DNA of 64,000 nucleotides from Octopus vulgaris. Its lineage: Eukaryota. Below, one piece after another: positions 42,953 to 56,293 of the stretch (positions are counted from its first letter, which is position 1; every line of letters begins with the position of its first letter). The translations under genes and the position numbers were made by a program. The notes beneath the pieces are model-generated. The model made no database searches. It saw nothing but the letters and a program-made list of their open reading frames with translations, and had not been told where the DNA came from. The stretch spans positions 22,320,001-22,384,000 of the forward strand of contig OX597832.1 of assembly GCA_951406725.2 (NCBI GenBank). Direction: 5' to 3'.

Positions 42953-43609
42953 TTATATATATAAACGCAGCTCAAAGGTCGCCGTTTTAACACCGTATTC
43001 AAGACTCAGAGCAAATCGCAGGTCCTCGATTCACTTACAGAAAACGACTTCCAGACCGGATTCCAAAAGCAGCAGGAGCGCTGGAACCGGTGAATTGCTG
43101 CGCAAGATGTTCATTTGGCAGGAGATGATGTCAAAACTCAGGTAAATAAGTCATTTTTTTTTATTAAACATAACTCGTCCAGGAACTTTTTGATACCACC
43201 TCGTACTAATTAAAGAAATACCGGAGCTCGACAAAGATAAAGAGAGGAGGCAAGAATTGAAAGATGGGTAACAGAGACAGAAAAAATTAAGGCTATAACA
43301 GCGTTAACGGAATAAAGAAATTGAAAAGTGAAAATATTGGTGAATAAAGAACAAATTGTGTATATTAGAGTCTATTTTTGTGAAACATCGAGCGTAGAAA
43401 GAATGGAATCGTTCATTAAATGCTATGGTTACGATCAGATTACAATTTAAGCTGTGTCCGGGTTTACTACGATATTGTAATTGGTCATCGTAAGAGAAGG
43501 GTAAGTGTTGTAAGAAAGTGAGGGTGATATACCACCCGATGTATCTTAGATTTTTAGAATGATAGTGGATCACTGCTTATGGAAAGCTAAGCCAGTTATA
43601 TAAATTCTA

Positions 43610-43750
43610 TTTTTTATTTTCTCTCTCTGCTTATTTCTGTGTTCCTTTCTGCCGAAGAGCGTAGGCTCGAAACATAAAAGACTTTCTCACTTCCCGGGCG
43701 TTAAACTAATACATCTATTTGTTGTTTACACTATTTGAATTCTACACGTA
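43610..43750 (+). mobile_element. Family P copy with HHR-like motif 43645-43680
   Basis: cttt-CTGCCGA-a-gagc(gtag)gctc-GAAA-ca-TA-aaag. Confidence 0.7.
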
Positions 43751-44132
43751 TGCGAACATATTATGAGAGGCAAGCTGGTAGAGGCATCGGATAAAATGCC
43801 TAGCAGTATTTCTCCCGACGCGTCATGTTCTGAGTTTAAATTCGACCAAGGTCAACTTTGCCATTCATCTCTGCCCTCTGGGGTCGATAAAATAAAGTAC
43901 AAATCAAGTACTGAGAGTCAATGTAATCGATTTGTCTATTCCCTACAAAATTGCTTGCTTTATGCCAAAATTAGAAATAATTATAAATGAGAAGTTCTCG
44001 ACAATATTATGTGTGTCACCTTGTGCTTGTGCCTTCTGCTATAGCCGCGGACCGACGAAAGCCTTGTGAGTGCATCTGGTAGACGGAAACTGAAAGAAGC
44101 CCGTTGCATAGATATTTATGTGAATATATTTA

Positions 44133-44176
<44 letters not shown>

Positions 44177-44616
44177 ATTGTGTATGCGTTTGTCCCCGAA
44201 AACTGCTTGACAACCGGTGTTGATTTGTGTACGTACCTGTGTGTATACATGTGTGTGTATGTATATGTGTATGGGAGTGTGTATGCGTGTAATAATTTAT
44301 ATATATATGTGTGTGTGTGTGTATGTCTATATATATGTGTGTGTGTGTGTATGTCTATATATGTGTGTGTGTGTGTCTTTGTGTCTGTGTTTGTCCCCTA
44401 CCACGGTTTGACAAGCACTTTTGGCGTGTTTAAATCTCCGTAACTTACCGGTTCGGCAAAAGAAACCGGCAGAATGAGTAGTAGGCTTTAAAAAACTAAG
44501 TCCTGGGTGCGATTTACTCGACTAAAAAAACCTTTCAAGGTGGTGCTCCAGCATGGCCTCAGTCAAATGACTGAAACACGTAAATGAACTAAAGAATACA
44601 CACACGCACATACTCG

Positions 44617-44652
<36 letters not shown>

Positions 44653-45495
44653 TATAGAATTCCTTAGTTACGTAACTTTTACGCATCACTAAGTCTATTC
44701 ACACCACAGCTGTATTGAAACTCCTTTACGTTGTCAGTACAAAGTGCAAGATCTGTAAAACTGAAGGTTCCTGCTTTTGTTTCCCTTTTGTGTTACTCGG
44801 CGCCAGATAAACCACATTCAGATCCTCTCTAAGCTACTAAACCTAGTATATTCCTGCTTCACACATTCAGTACATATATAAGGCGCAAGAGTGGCTGTGT
44901 GGTAAGCAGCTTGCTTGCCAACTACAAGGTTCCGGGTTCATTCCCACTGCGTGGCACCTTGGGCGAGTGTCTTCTACTATAGCCTCAAATAGCCGTAGCA
45001 TTATGAATGAAACTGATCTGTTAGTTTTTGCTTTTGTTTTCTATATAACGAATGTGGAGGCGCGTTGCTTAGCGAAGATTGGGGTTTCGATTCCTGGACC
45101 GGCCGACGCATTGTGTTCTTGAGCAAAGCTCTTTGTTTCACATTGCTTTACTCCTCTCAGCTGGCAAAAATGAGTGATCCTGAGATAAACCAGCGTCCCG
45201 TCCAGGTGGGAATATATACGCCATGGAAGCCGGAAAACCAGCCCAAAGAGTCTACAAGTGTTTTCTATATATATAGCCGGAAATTAAGCTTGATCTGCTG
45301 GTCCCGTCGCTAGAAGGTGGTAGGGGTTCTCTCACTTGCTCGCAATATATCGGATGCAGCTGTACATCGTTAACTAGTTAGAGAAGATGTCCTCTTGGGG
45401 TTAGACAATCACAGTAGAGTCTGTTAGAACGGAACGGCCATGTTGAAATGGCTACGCACATTACCTGTTAGTAGAATTACCTCTAGATTTCTTTG

Positions 45496-45658
<163 letters not shown>

Positions 45659-45689
45659 TCACATATGTATACGTATTCACATTTATAGA

Positions 45690-46100
45690 TTGAGCTGGCA
45701 GAAACGTTAGCACGCCGGGAGAAATGCTTCGCGGTATTTCGTCTGCCGTTACGTTCTGAGTTCAAATTCCGCCGAGGTCGACTTTGCCTTTCATCCATTC
45801 GGGGTCAATTAAATAAGTACCAGTTACGCACTGGGGTCGATATAATCGACTTAATCCGTTTGTCTGTCCTTGTTTGTCCCCTCTGTGTTTAGCCCCTTGT
45901 GGGTTGTAAAGAAATAGGTATTTCGTCTGCCGTTACGTTCTGAGTTCAAATTCCGCCGAGGTAGACTTTGCCTTTCATCCATTCGGGGTCGATTAAGTAG
46001 GTGCCAGTTTCGCACTGGGGTCGATATAATCGACTCAATCCCTTTATCTATCCTTGTTTATCCCCTCTGTGTTTAGCCCCTTGTGGGTAGTAAAGAAATA
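45690..46100 (+). mobile_element. SINE B dimer
   Basis: Head + 2 bodies, canonical junction. Confidence 0.9.
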
Positions 46101-46774
46101 AGATTTAAATTTGCTCTTGACAGGAGCACCCATTCTCCGCTCCATAACTAAGAAAATTAAATTATGAAAATGAAAAAAAACAAAAAAAACACCCACAAAA
46201 CAAAAAAAGAAACAACAAAGTCAGACAACCAAAATCACCCCCACCCCACCCCACTCCCACCACCACCACAACCATTAACAACAACAACAACTAATGCTAT
46301 CTCTACCAACACGTTGCAGCTGTTTATTTTCCTAATGCTACGTATTATTAATAGGTGAAAGTTTAAACCGGCTGATGAATATTCTAATTACTATGATCAC
46401 GCCTGATACATGTTTAAGAAGAAGCGGTTGTTTTAAGTAAACCTCGTAATTTACACGTCGAATGTTTTCGAGGCACGGCGGTGCGGCTTACATGTGCGAG
46501 AGTAAACGTATCGAGAGCCAGGATGTACAGAAAATGATAAAAATACTAAAAGTAATAATAATAAAAAGAGAAATAAATATCTGTACGTGCGAAGAAGAAT
46601 TTTGTTGCTGGTATTATTATTATTGTAGGTGTTCTTGTTGGTGTTGTTGTTGTTGGCAGAACGTTCGGTGCGTCGGAGGAAAATGTTCAGTGGCATTATC
46701 GAAACAATGAAAGAACGGAACGCAAAAATCGACCTCGGAGGAATTTGAACTCACAACGTAACGACAGACGAAAA

Positions 46775-47672
46775 ACGTTAGCACGCCGGGCGAAATGCGT
46801 CGCCGTATTTCGTCTGTCGTTACGTTCTGAGTTCAAATTCCGCCGAGGTCGATTTTGCCTTTCATCCTTTCGGAGGTCGATAAATTAAGTACCAGTTACG
46901 CACTGGGGTCGACGTAATCGACTTAATCCCGTTGTCTGTCCTTGTTTGTCCCCTCTGTGCTTAGCCCCTTGTGGGTAATAAAGAAACAGGTATTTCGTCT
47001 GCCGTTACTTTCCGAGTTCAAATTCCGCCGAGGTCGATTTTTGCGTTTCATCCTTTCGGGGTCGATAAAGTAAGTACCAGTTACGCACTGGAGTCGTTGT
47101 AATCGACTTAATACCTGTCTGTCCTTGTTTGTCCCCTCTGTGTTTCGCCTCTAGTGGGTAATAAAGAAATAGGTATTTCGTCTGCCGTTACGTTCTGAGT
47201 TCAAATTCCGCCGAGGTCGACTTTGCCTTTCATCCTTTCGGGGTCGATTAAATAAGTACCAGTTACGCATTGGGGTCGATGTAATCGACTTAATACCTTT
47301 GTCTGTCCTTGTTTGTCCCCTCTGTGTTTAGCCCCTCGTGGGTAGTAAAGAAATAGGTATTTCGTCTGCCGTTACGTTCTGAATTCAAATTCTGCCGAGG
47401 TCGACTTTGCCTTTCATCCTTTCGGGGTCGATAAATTAAGTACCAGTTACGCACTGGGGTCGATGTAATCGACTTAATACCTTTGTCTGTCCTTGTTTGT
47501 CCCCTCTGTGTTTAGCCCCTTGTGGGTAGTAAAGAAATAGGTATTTCGTCTGCCGTTACGTTCTGAGTTCAAATTCCGCCGAGGTCGACTTTGCCGAGGT
47601 CGACTTTGCCGAGGTCGACTTTGCCGAGGTCGACTTTGCCGAGGTCGACTTTGGGTAGTAAAGAAATAGGTA
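46775..47672 (+). mobile_element. SINE B pentamer array
   Basis: Bodies start at ~46806, 46991, 47174, 47358, 47542; last unit ends in (gccgaggtcgacttt)x5. Confidence 0.9.
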
Positions 47673-47877
47673 TTAGTATTGTTGTTGGTGGTGGTGTTGT
47701 TGTTGGCAGAAAGTTCGGTGCGTCGAAAGAAATGTTCAGTGGCATTATCAAAACAATGAAAGAATGAAACGCAAAAATCGACCTCGGAGGAATTTGAACT
47801 CTAAAGAGTCGGAAGAAAATATCGTTGAGCATTTTGGTCGACGCACTAAAGGCTTCATATTTTGGCATAAGACCAGC

Positions 47878-48513
47878 GGATCTTTTCCTTTTGAACGGCA
47901 GATGTCAACACAATTTCTAGTTAACTCAACACTTTTAAACTTCGTATACTGGTAGAATGTGTTTATAAAACATCATTTTCTCTTGGTTTTATTGAGGAAA
48001 TTCTATAGTTTGTAAGATATTTCGTCTGAAAATCCGAGCAATCGATTTAACCAATCGATTACCTCCATTCAACTAAAATTATTTGCTGCGTCTAAAACTG
48101 AGACAACATCCTGTAAACTAACCCTAAACTTCCCCCTAACCCTAACCCTAACCCTAATTTTTTTTTCTTAATTGTTAAATTAATTTAATTCCGTTGCTTT
48201 AGTTTTTTTTTACACGCGTAGCAATTAAATTAATTTAACAATTAAAAAAAAAAAATTAGGATTAGGGGGGAGGTTTAGGGTTAGTTACAGGATGTTGTCT
48301 CAGTTTTAGACGCAGCAAATGATTTTAGCTCAAAAGAGAGCATAGGATTGGTTAAAATTCGAGAAGTTAAACTACGTTAAACAAACAAATTACAGTTTTC
48401 TCAAGAAAGCCAAGAGAAAAAAAATGTTTTATTTTGACACATTCTACCAGTATACGAAGTTTTAAAGTGTTTAGTAAACTAGAAATTGTCTGCCGTTCAA
48501 AAGGAAAAGATCC
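47878..48513. mobile_element. Fold-back MITE with GG termini and 8-bp TSD (Merlin-like)
   Basis: TIR ggatcttttccttttgaacggcaga; TSD agaccagc / aaaccagc; inserted in a SINE B tail. Confidence 0.85.
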
Positions 48514-48674
48514 AAACCAGCTGTTTTAGAGGGATGGAATAGTCGATTACATAGACCCCAGTACTCAACTGGTATCTTATTTTATCGACTCTGAATAGAT
48601 AAAATGCTAAACGGACCTCGTTGGAATTTGAACTCAGAACGTAAAGAATCGGAGGAAATGCTACTAAACATTTC

Positions 48675-49025
48675 GTCGATTACAGCGACCCCAGTGCGTA
48701 ACTGGTACTTATTTAATCGACCCCGAAGGGATGAAAGGCAAAGTCGACCTCGGTGGAATTTGTACTCAGAATTTAATGGCAGACGAAATACCTATTTCTT
48801 TACTACCCACAAGGGGCAAAACACAGAGGGGACAAACAAGGACAGACAAAGGAATTAAGTCGATTACATCGACCCCAGTGCGTAACTGGTACTTAATTTA
48901 TCGATCCCGAAAGGATGAAAGGCAAAGTCGACCTCGGCGGAATTTGAACTCAGAACGTAGCGGCAGACGAAATACCGCTAAACATTTCGCCCGTCGCGCT
49001 AACGTTTCTGCCAGCTCGCCGCCTT
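48675..49025 (-). mobile_element. SINE B dimer abutting an older B copy (48514-48675)
   Basis: Canonical junction on minus strand. Confidence 0.85.
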
Positions 49026-49549
49026 ACCTGCAAAGAAATCTAACTACCGCACTAACGACTTTGTCAAATAAACGCCATTATATAAGCCGCAGACTGGCCA
49101 GAACTCACCTCAATTCTTTGGTAAAAACCTTTGACCAATTATCAAGCAGGCTTCAGAGGGCTCTAAGGAAACCAAACTTGTTTGTATCTATATGTTTTCT
49201 TCTAAGTATCAGATTTCTTCGATATACGTAAATTGATATTTTTATCAAATTAATTGTAATTTGCTGAGATTTTCTGCCCTTTCTCACAGATCTACTGGCA
49301 ATTAACGGTAAGAATTTCTTTCTTTCTTTTTTCTTTTTTTTTTTTTTTTTTTTTTTGGCTAAGAAGTAAATTTCATTGAATCAAGATTACTTTTGTATTC
49401 TGGCGTACAATTACCAGTTCCTCGTAGCCTATATGATTCACACACACACACATTCACTTGCCCCTCCCCACATATAAACAGTATATACACGTGAACACAC
49501 ACATATTCAAATAAGGTAACGGGTTAACTTCCTTGCACACATATACACA

Positions 49550-49617
<68 letters not shown>

Positions 49618-49642
49618 CATATATGTATATATATATATATAC

Positions 49643-49687
<45 letters not shown>

Positions 49688-49948
49688 ACATTATATAATA
49701 TATATATATACACACACATATATATATATAGATCTATATTTCTATATGCATTCATATATACTTAAATACATGTATATGCAAGTGTATATGTATAATATGT
49801 ATACACACAGCCGCGTGCGTATGCACAGATACACACCCGAACGCGTGTGCGCGCATGCACCCCGCCCAATATCAACATTAAACGTGCGTGGTTTTTCCTC
49901 TGTTCTACTAATTTTCATTCTCTTGAAAGCAAAACAACAAAGTACACA

Positions 49949-49984
<36 letters not shown>

Positions 49985-50519
49985 TGTGTGTATTGTACGT
50001 ATTTGGACAAAACATTACGGTAAAACGGACTTTATTTTCCTATGTTGAAAACATTCTCTATAATTAATATAATTGTAATTTTTTTGCTGACGTGAGCATA
50101 TTTGTGCCTAATAAGTAATCTCTCACTAATTATGTTTTTGACATTTTGAAGAGAGAGAGACATGCAGATCCTGTTGAGTAGCTAATTAGCAATAATACCG
50201 GTCGATTACATCCTGGTTCCTTGCTTCCGGAAAACCTGTTCATTGGACCTCAGCTTCCCTACAAGGAACTAAATACATGCAGATATGTGACCCTACATTT
50301 TTTCATTCGTAACTCGCGTATTCTTTGGTACTCTAGAATAGAGCTGGCAAAAGTGAGGAATCCTGCGACGGACCGGCATCCCATCAAAGGGCAGGGGAAT
50401 ATACACGCTACTACAGAACCCAAGAAATCGGCTTTTTGACCCCATGACTCGCGAAGGACCCTTAATGGTCTTTTTCTTTTGGCGTTTATCTTCGTGTGAT
50501 CCAACAGAAAGAGTTAACA

Positions 50520-50773
50520 TGCATTTTTGTATACATTCGACGAATATTTGTCCTCATCTTGTTTGTTGTTAACACAACATTTCGGCTGATATACACCCTC
50601 CAGCCTTCATCAGGTGTCTTGGGGAAATTTAGAACCTGAGTTCTCATTCCTAAGGTATTCTTCGATGTTATTATTATTAGTATTATAATTGTCATTATTA
50701 AGGTCACTGCTTGGAATCGAACTCGGAATCTTGGGGTTAGTAGCCCGCGCTCTTAACCACTACGCCATATGCC
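50520..50773 (-). mobile_element. tRNA-headed short element containing a hammerhead ribozyme
   Basis: A box TGGCGTAGTGG, B box GAGTTCGATTCC (50700-50773); HHR 50571-50618. Confidence 0.75.
50571..50618 (-). ncRNA. Minimal hammerhead ribozyme
   Basis: gacac-CTGATGA-a-ggctg(gagggtgtatat)cagcc-GAAA-tg-TT-gtgtt. Confidence 0.75.
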
Positions 50774-50953
50774 ATAGGGCTTATAAATCTAATATTTTCC
50801 TATTCTAGGAATATTCTTTTACTTGTTTCAGCCATTCGACTGTGGCCATGCTGGAGCAATGAACAATAACAGTAAAAATGATATCTGACAATACCGATAT
50901 CCATAACAACAGGAACGCACACAATGATAACCACATTCTGAGGAACCAGAATC

Positions 50954-50995
<42 letters not shown>

Positions 50996-51014
50996 AACAA
51001 CAACAACAGCAATA

Positions 51015-51250
51015 TCTGTTTCTTTATTGCCCACAAGGGGCTAAACATAGAGGGGGACAAACAAGAACAGACAAACGGATTAAGTCGATTACATCGACCC
51101 CAGTGCGTAACTGGTACTTAATTTATCGACCCCGAAAGGATGAAAGGCAAAGTCGACCTCGGCGGAATTTGAACTCAGAACGCAACGACAGACGCAATAC
51201 CGCTAAGCATTTCGCCCGGTGTGCTAACGTTTCTACCAGCTCGCCGCCTT
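51015..51250 (-). mobile_element. Full-length monomeric SINE B (long tail)
   Basis: Head aaggcggcgagctgg to tail gggcAATAAAgaaa. Confidence 0.9.
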
Positions 51251-51340
51251 GCAACAACAGCAATATCATCATCATCATCATCACCACCACATCCACCGCC
51301 ACGGTCATCATCATCGTCATCATCATCGTCATCATCATCG

Positions 51341-51382
<42 letters not shown>

Positions 51383-51657
51383 CCAACAACAATATATAGA
51401 CATGCAAATGCATACACACACAAACACACACTCACACACACACGCACACACATACACACACTCATATACACACGCAGATGTAGAAACCTACCCACACGCA
51501 CCCGGATCCAACATAGACAACATAACTAACCGTAACAACTGCAATTGTTGTATTTTCAATTGTTTTGAAGCCAAAATGAAAATCTTAAAAAAATGAAACA
51601 ATATTACTATACAAGATTTTTCTATTCAATTCGTGTTTTCATTGGCAAAAAAAAAGA

Positions 51658-51659
<2 letters not shown>

Positions 51660-51689
<30 letters not shown>

Positions 51690-51724
51690 TAATAATAATG
51701 ATAATAATAATAATAAGGATAATG

Positions 51725-51794
<70 letters not shown>

Positions 51795-51829
51795 TGATGA
51801 TAATAATAATAATAATAATGATGATGATG

Positions 51830-51866
<37 letters not shown>

Positions 51867-51925
51867 TAACAATAATAATAATAATAATAATAATGATGAT
51901 GATGATAATAATAATAATAATAATG

Positions 51926-51959
<34 letters not shown>

Positions 51960-52084
51960 TGATGATAATAATGATAATAATGATAATAATGATGATGATA
52001 ATAATAATAATAATAATAATAACAATAACAATAATAATAATAATAATAATAATGATGATGATGATAATAATAATAATAATAATG

Positions 52085-52118
<34 letters not shown>

Positions 52119-52183
52119 TGATGATAATAATGATAATAATGATAATAATGATGATGATAATAATAATAATAATGATGATGATG

Positions 52184-52226
<43 letters not shown>

Positions 52227-52384
52227 TAACAATAATAATAATAATAATAATAATGATGATGATGATAATAATAATAATAATAATGATAATAATAATAATA
52301 ATAACAATAATAATAATGATGATGATAATAATGATAATAATGATAATAATGATGATGATAATAATAATAATAATGATGATGATG

Positions 52385-52430
<46 letters not shown>

Positions 52431-52486
52431 TAACAATAATAATAATAATAATAATAATGATGATGATAATAATAATAATAATAATG

Positions 52487-52526
<40 letters not shown>

Positions 52527-52630
52527 TGATGATAATAATGATAATAATGATAATAATGATGATGATAATAATAATAATAATAATAATAACAATAACAATA
52601 ATAATAATAATAATAATAATGATGATGATG

Positions 52631-52679
<49 letters not shown>

Positions 52680-52852
52680 TGATGATAATAATGATAATAA
52701 TGATAATAATGATGATGATAATAATAATAATAATGATGATGATGATAATAATAATAATAATAATGATAATAATAATAATAATAATAATAACAATAACAAT
52801 AATAATAATAATAATAATAATGATGATGATGATAATAATAATAATAATAATG

Positions 52853-52889
<37 letters not shown>

Positions 52890-52948
52890 TAACAATAATA
52901 ATAATAATAATAATAATGATGATGATGATGATAATAATAATAATAATG

Positions 52949-52985
<37 letters not shown>

Positions 52986-53100
52986 TGATGATAATAATGA
53001 TAATAATGATAATAATGATGATGATAATAATAATAATAATAATGATGATGATGATAATAATAATAATGATAATAATGATAATAATGATAATAATGATAAC

Positions 53101-53132
<32 letters not shown>

Positions 53133-53161
53133 TGATAATAATAATAATAATGATGATGATG

Positions 53162-53226
<65 letters not shown>
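51660..53226. repeat. 1.5-kb (AAT)n array with higher-order GAT/AAC pattern
   Basis: aacaataac marker recurs at ~51862, 52021, 52222, 52426, 52588, 52789, 52885. Confidence 0.92.
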
Positions 53227-53359
53227 CACACGTAAAAAATAAACTACCTAAGAATAAAAAAAACAATATAAAAAAATCGTTCGTTGTTTAATTAAATTAA
53301 TTGATTGTACTCGGCTGACTTAATTGCATAATTACACACCTTACTATTTCAACATAATC

Positions 53360-53572
53360 TTTTTACTCTCTTTTTTACTCTTTTACTTGTTTCAGTCATT
53401 TGGCTGCGGCCATGCTGGAGCACCGCCTTCAGTTGAGCAAATCGACGCCCCAGGATTTATTTTTGTAAGCTTAGTACTTATTCTATCGGTCTCTTTTGCC
53501 AAACCGCTAATGTTACGAGGACGTAAACACACCAGCATCGGCTGTCAAGCGATGTTGGGGGGACAAACACAG

Positions 53573-53611
<39 letters not shown>

Positions 53612-53786
53612 ATATATGTATGCGACAGGCTTCTTTCAGTTTCCGTCTACCAAATCCACTCACAAGACTTTGGTCGGCCCGAAGCTATAGTAGAACACAC
53701 TTGCCCAAGGTGCCACGCAGTGGGACTGAACCCGGAACCATGTGGTTGGTAAGCAAGCCACTTACCACACAGCCACTCCTGCGCCT
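53360..53786 (-). mobile_element. Full-length SINE A
   Basis: Complete head to tail on minus strand. Confidence 0.9.
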
Positions 53787-54209
53787 ATATGCACAAACGC
53801 ACGATCTCATAAACACGCATTCACACACGTGTATCAGGATATTCTATGTGAAAGCTGATTTGTGTGGTCTGTTGTATAATATATTCAATCTCGTTCGTAC
53901 GACTAATGACATCATATTGAAAGCACTATTCATCGCTTAATCGTTTTGGTAGCCCAGTGTTGGGATATCCTATATACAGAAAAAAAAAAAAGAGAACAAA
54001 ATGAAAAGGAAGTAATCTGATGTAGCACCGAATGCTTACATGGTTTACAGTGTTTTCTGAAGCGTGACACATGACTCAACACCGATTATCGGCTGAAGAT
54101 TGGGACAGGATATAAATAAGCACAGACTTGCATCTATTCAAACAAGAACGTTGCAACAAAACTGCGTGATAGCAGTGTCAGACGTGGCATGCAGATAACC
54201 ATATATATT

Positions 54210-54806
54210 TCTTGACTGTCCACAAGGGGCTAAACATAGAAGGGACAAACAAGGGCAGACAAAGGGATTAAGTTGATTAAATCGACCCCAGTGCGAAATT
54301 AGTACTTATTTAATCGACCACGAAAGGTTGACAGGCAAAGTGGAGCTCGACGGAATTTGAACTCAGAACGTAACGACAGACGAAATACTTATTTCTTTAT
54401 TACCCACAAGGGACTAAACATAGAGGGGACAAACAACGACAGACAAAGGGATTAAGTCGATTACATCGACCCCAGTGCGTAGCCGGTATTTAATTTATCG
54501 ACCCCGAAAGGATGAAAGGCAAAGTCGACCTCGGCGGAATTTGAACTCAGAACGTAGCGGCAAACGAAATACCTATTTCTTTACTACCCACAAGGGACTA
54601 AACACAGAGGGGACAAACAACGACAGACAAAGGGATTAAGTCGATTACATCGACCCCAGTGCGTAGCCGGTACTTAATTTATCGACCCCGAAAGGATGAA
54701 AGGCAAAGTCGACATCGGCGGAATTTGAACTCAGAACGTAACGACAAACGAAATACCGCTAAGCATTTCGCCCGGCGCGCTAACGTTTCTGCCAGCTCGC
54801 CACCTT
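54210..54806 (-). mobile_element. SINE B trimer
   Basis: Three ~184-bp bodies, one head. Confidence 0.9.
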
Positions 54807-55319
54807 AGATAACTATATAACCTATTAGACATTTGCATTCCGTCTTTATTTTTCTCTTCCGTTTTTATCTTGACATGCGCATTGTGTTTTTATTCTTCTC
54901 TTCCGTTTCACGAATCGAGTATGCACAAGCGCATTGCCTCTTCATACGTCTTTTTCCGGTTCCTATATTATCACAACGATCTTACGTTCGTGTGGAGCGC
55001 TTCATGCATCGATGGTTGCGAAAAGAAACCTGAAATACAGGTGGTTCTCTTGTCGTTTCACAAGAGAACCACCTGTTGCTCCACAGGTTTTATAGCTGAT
55101 TTCGCTGAAAATTGGGTTCAGTGCTATGCAACAGTTTATGGACCCTAATCTCGAGTCAATGAAACAATATTTCTTTATTCTCACCGCAGCACAAATCTGA
55201 ACAACTGGATTAAATTTGAATATTATTATGGTAAATCAACGATTTGGTAATATTTTGGTCATACATTTGATTTATATATCAAGTTACAACAAAAGCAGAC
55301 TAGCATTCAAAGTAGAGGC

Positions 55320-55560
55320 CATCATGTTGCCACCTTTCTAAAGCCACCTTCTGCCAGTTCGTTGCCCCTATGCTAATACCAGTTTTTGCCTTTCGAAGTG
55401 AAGAATTTCTTCATTGAAACTTCCACCTCCTTTTCGTTGATGAAGCATCGTGAGCGCAGGAGGTGAGCCATGGATCGATACAAGATCAAAGTATGGTGCT
55501 TCCAGTATGGCATCATAACCAGACTTCAGTAGACATTCTTGCTTTATATACTTACTTTCT
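55320..55560 (-). mobile_element. Decayed mariner transposase C-terminus
   Basis: Minus frame ...RSMAHLLRSRCFINEKEVEVSMKKFFTSKGKNWY*... Confidence 0.6.
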
Positions 55561-55593
55561 TGTACTTGTGGCGACATTCACCCTGGGCGGGTT

Positions 55594-56293
55594 GAGTCGG
55601 CTTCTTCTACCATGGAAGAAGTTTCGTGGGAATATGTGGATTTCACAAGCGGTCCCCAGCAATCCCGCATGTAGAGCCATCCTGTTTGCCGCAGATTGTC
55701 CGCAGTCACAGGGACAGAATGACCGAGGAGCCGCCGGTTGCCGAGAGTCGGCTTCTTCCTTGGAAGAAGCTTCGTGGGAATATGTGGATTTCACAAGCGG
55801 TCCCCAACAATCCCGCATGGAGAGCCATCCTGTTTGCCGCAGATTGTCCGCAGTCACAGGGACAGAATGACCGAGGAGCCGCCGGTTGCCGAGAGTCGGC
55901 TTCTTCCTTGGAAGAAGCTTCGTGGGAATATGTGGATTTCACAAGCGGTCCCCAACAATCCCGCATGGAGAGCCATCCTGTTTGCCGCAGATTGTCCGCA
56001 GTCACAGGGACAGAACGACCGAGGAGCCGCCGGTTGCCGAAACAGACACTCCGAGGATTTTCACCAGAGCCCCGTCTGCCGGGTTGTGGCCCTAATACCA
56101 CTCGGTGTCAGACCAATCCGCCTTGGGTGGTCCTACCAGGAAACGAAGTTCCCGACTGAGGAGCCGCCGGTTGCCGAAACAGACACTCCGAAGATTTTCA
56201 CCAGAGCCCCGTCTGCCGGGTTGTGGCCCTAATACCACTCGGTGTCAGACCAATCCGCTTCGGGTGACCCTACCAGGAACCGAAGTTCCCGAC
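55594..56293. repeat. GC-rich composite tandem repeat: 148-bp x3 then 137-bp x2
   Basis: Units start at 55594, 55745, 55893 and at 56021, 56158; shared motif gaggagccgccggttgccga. Confidence 0.9.

Noticed and set aside
46775-47672. Regular arrays as CRISPR
   Set aside because: Whole units repeat without unique spacers; eukaryotic SINE context; no cas genes
48134-48157. Telomere or chromosome fusion site
   Set aside because: Only four units, internal to a MITE with TSD
49109-49162. 54-nt minus-strand exon-like segment with AG and GTGAGT
   Set aside because: Stop codons in all three frames; no other support
50700-50773. Functional tRNA gene
   Set aside because: Acceptor stem does not pair; treated as a SINE-type head
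51593-53266. ORFs of 487-549 aa
   Set aside because: Pure (AAT/GAT) triplet repeat that is open in several frames on both strands
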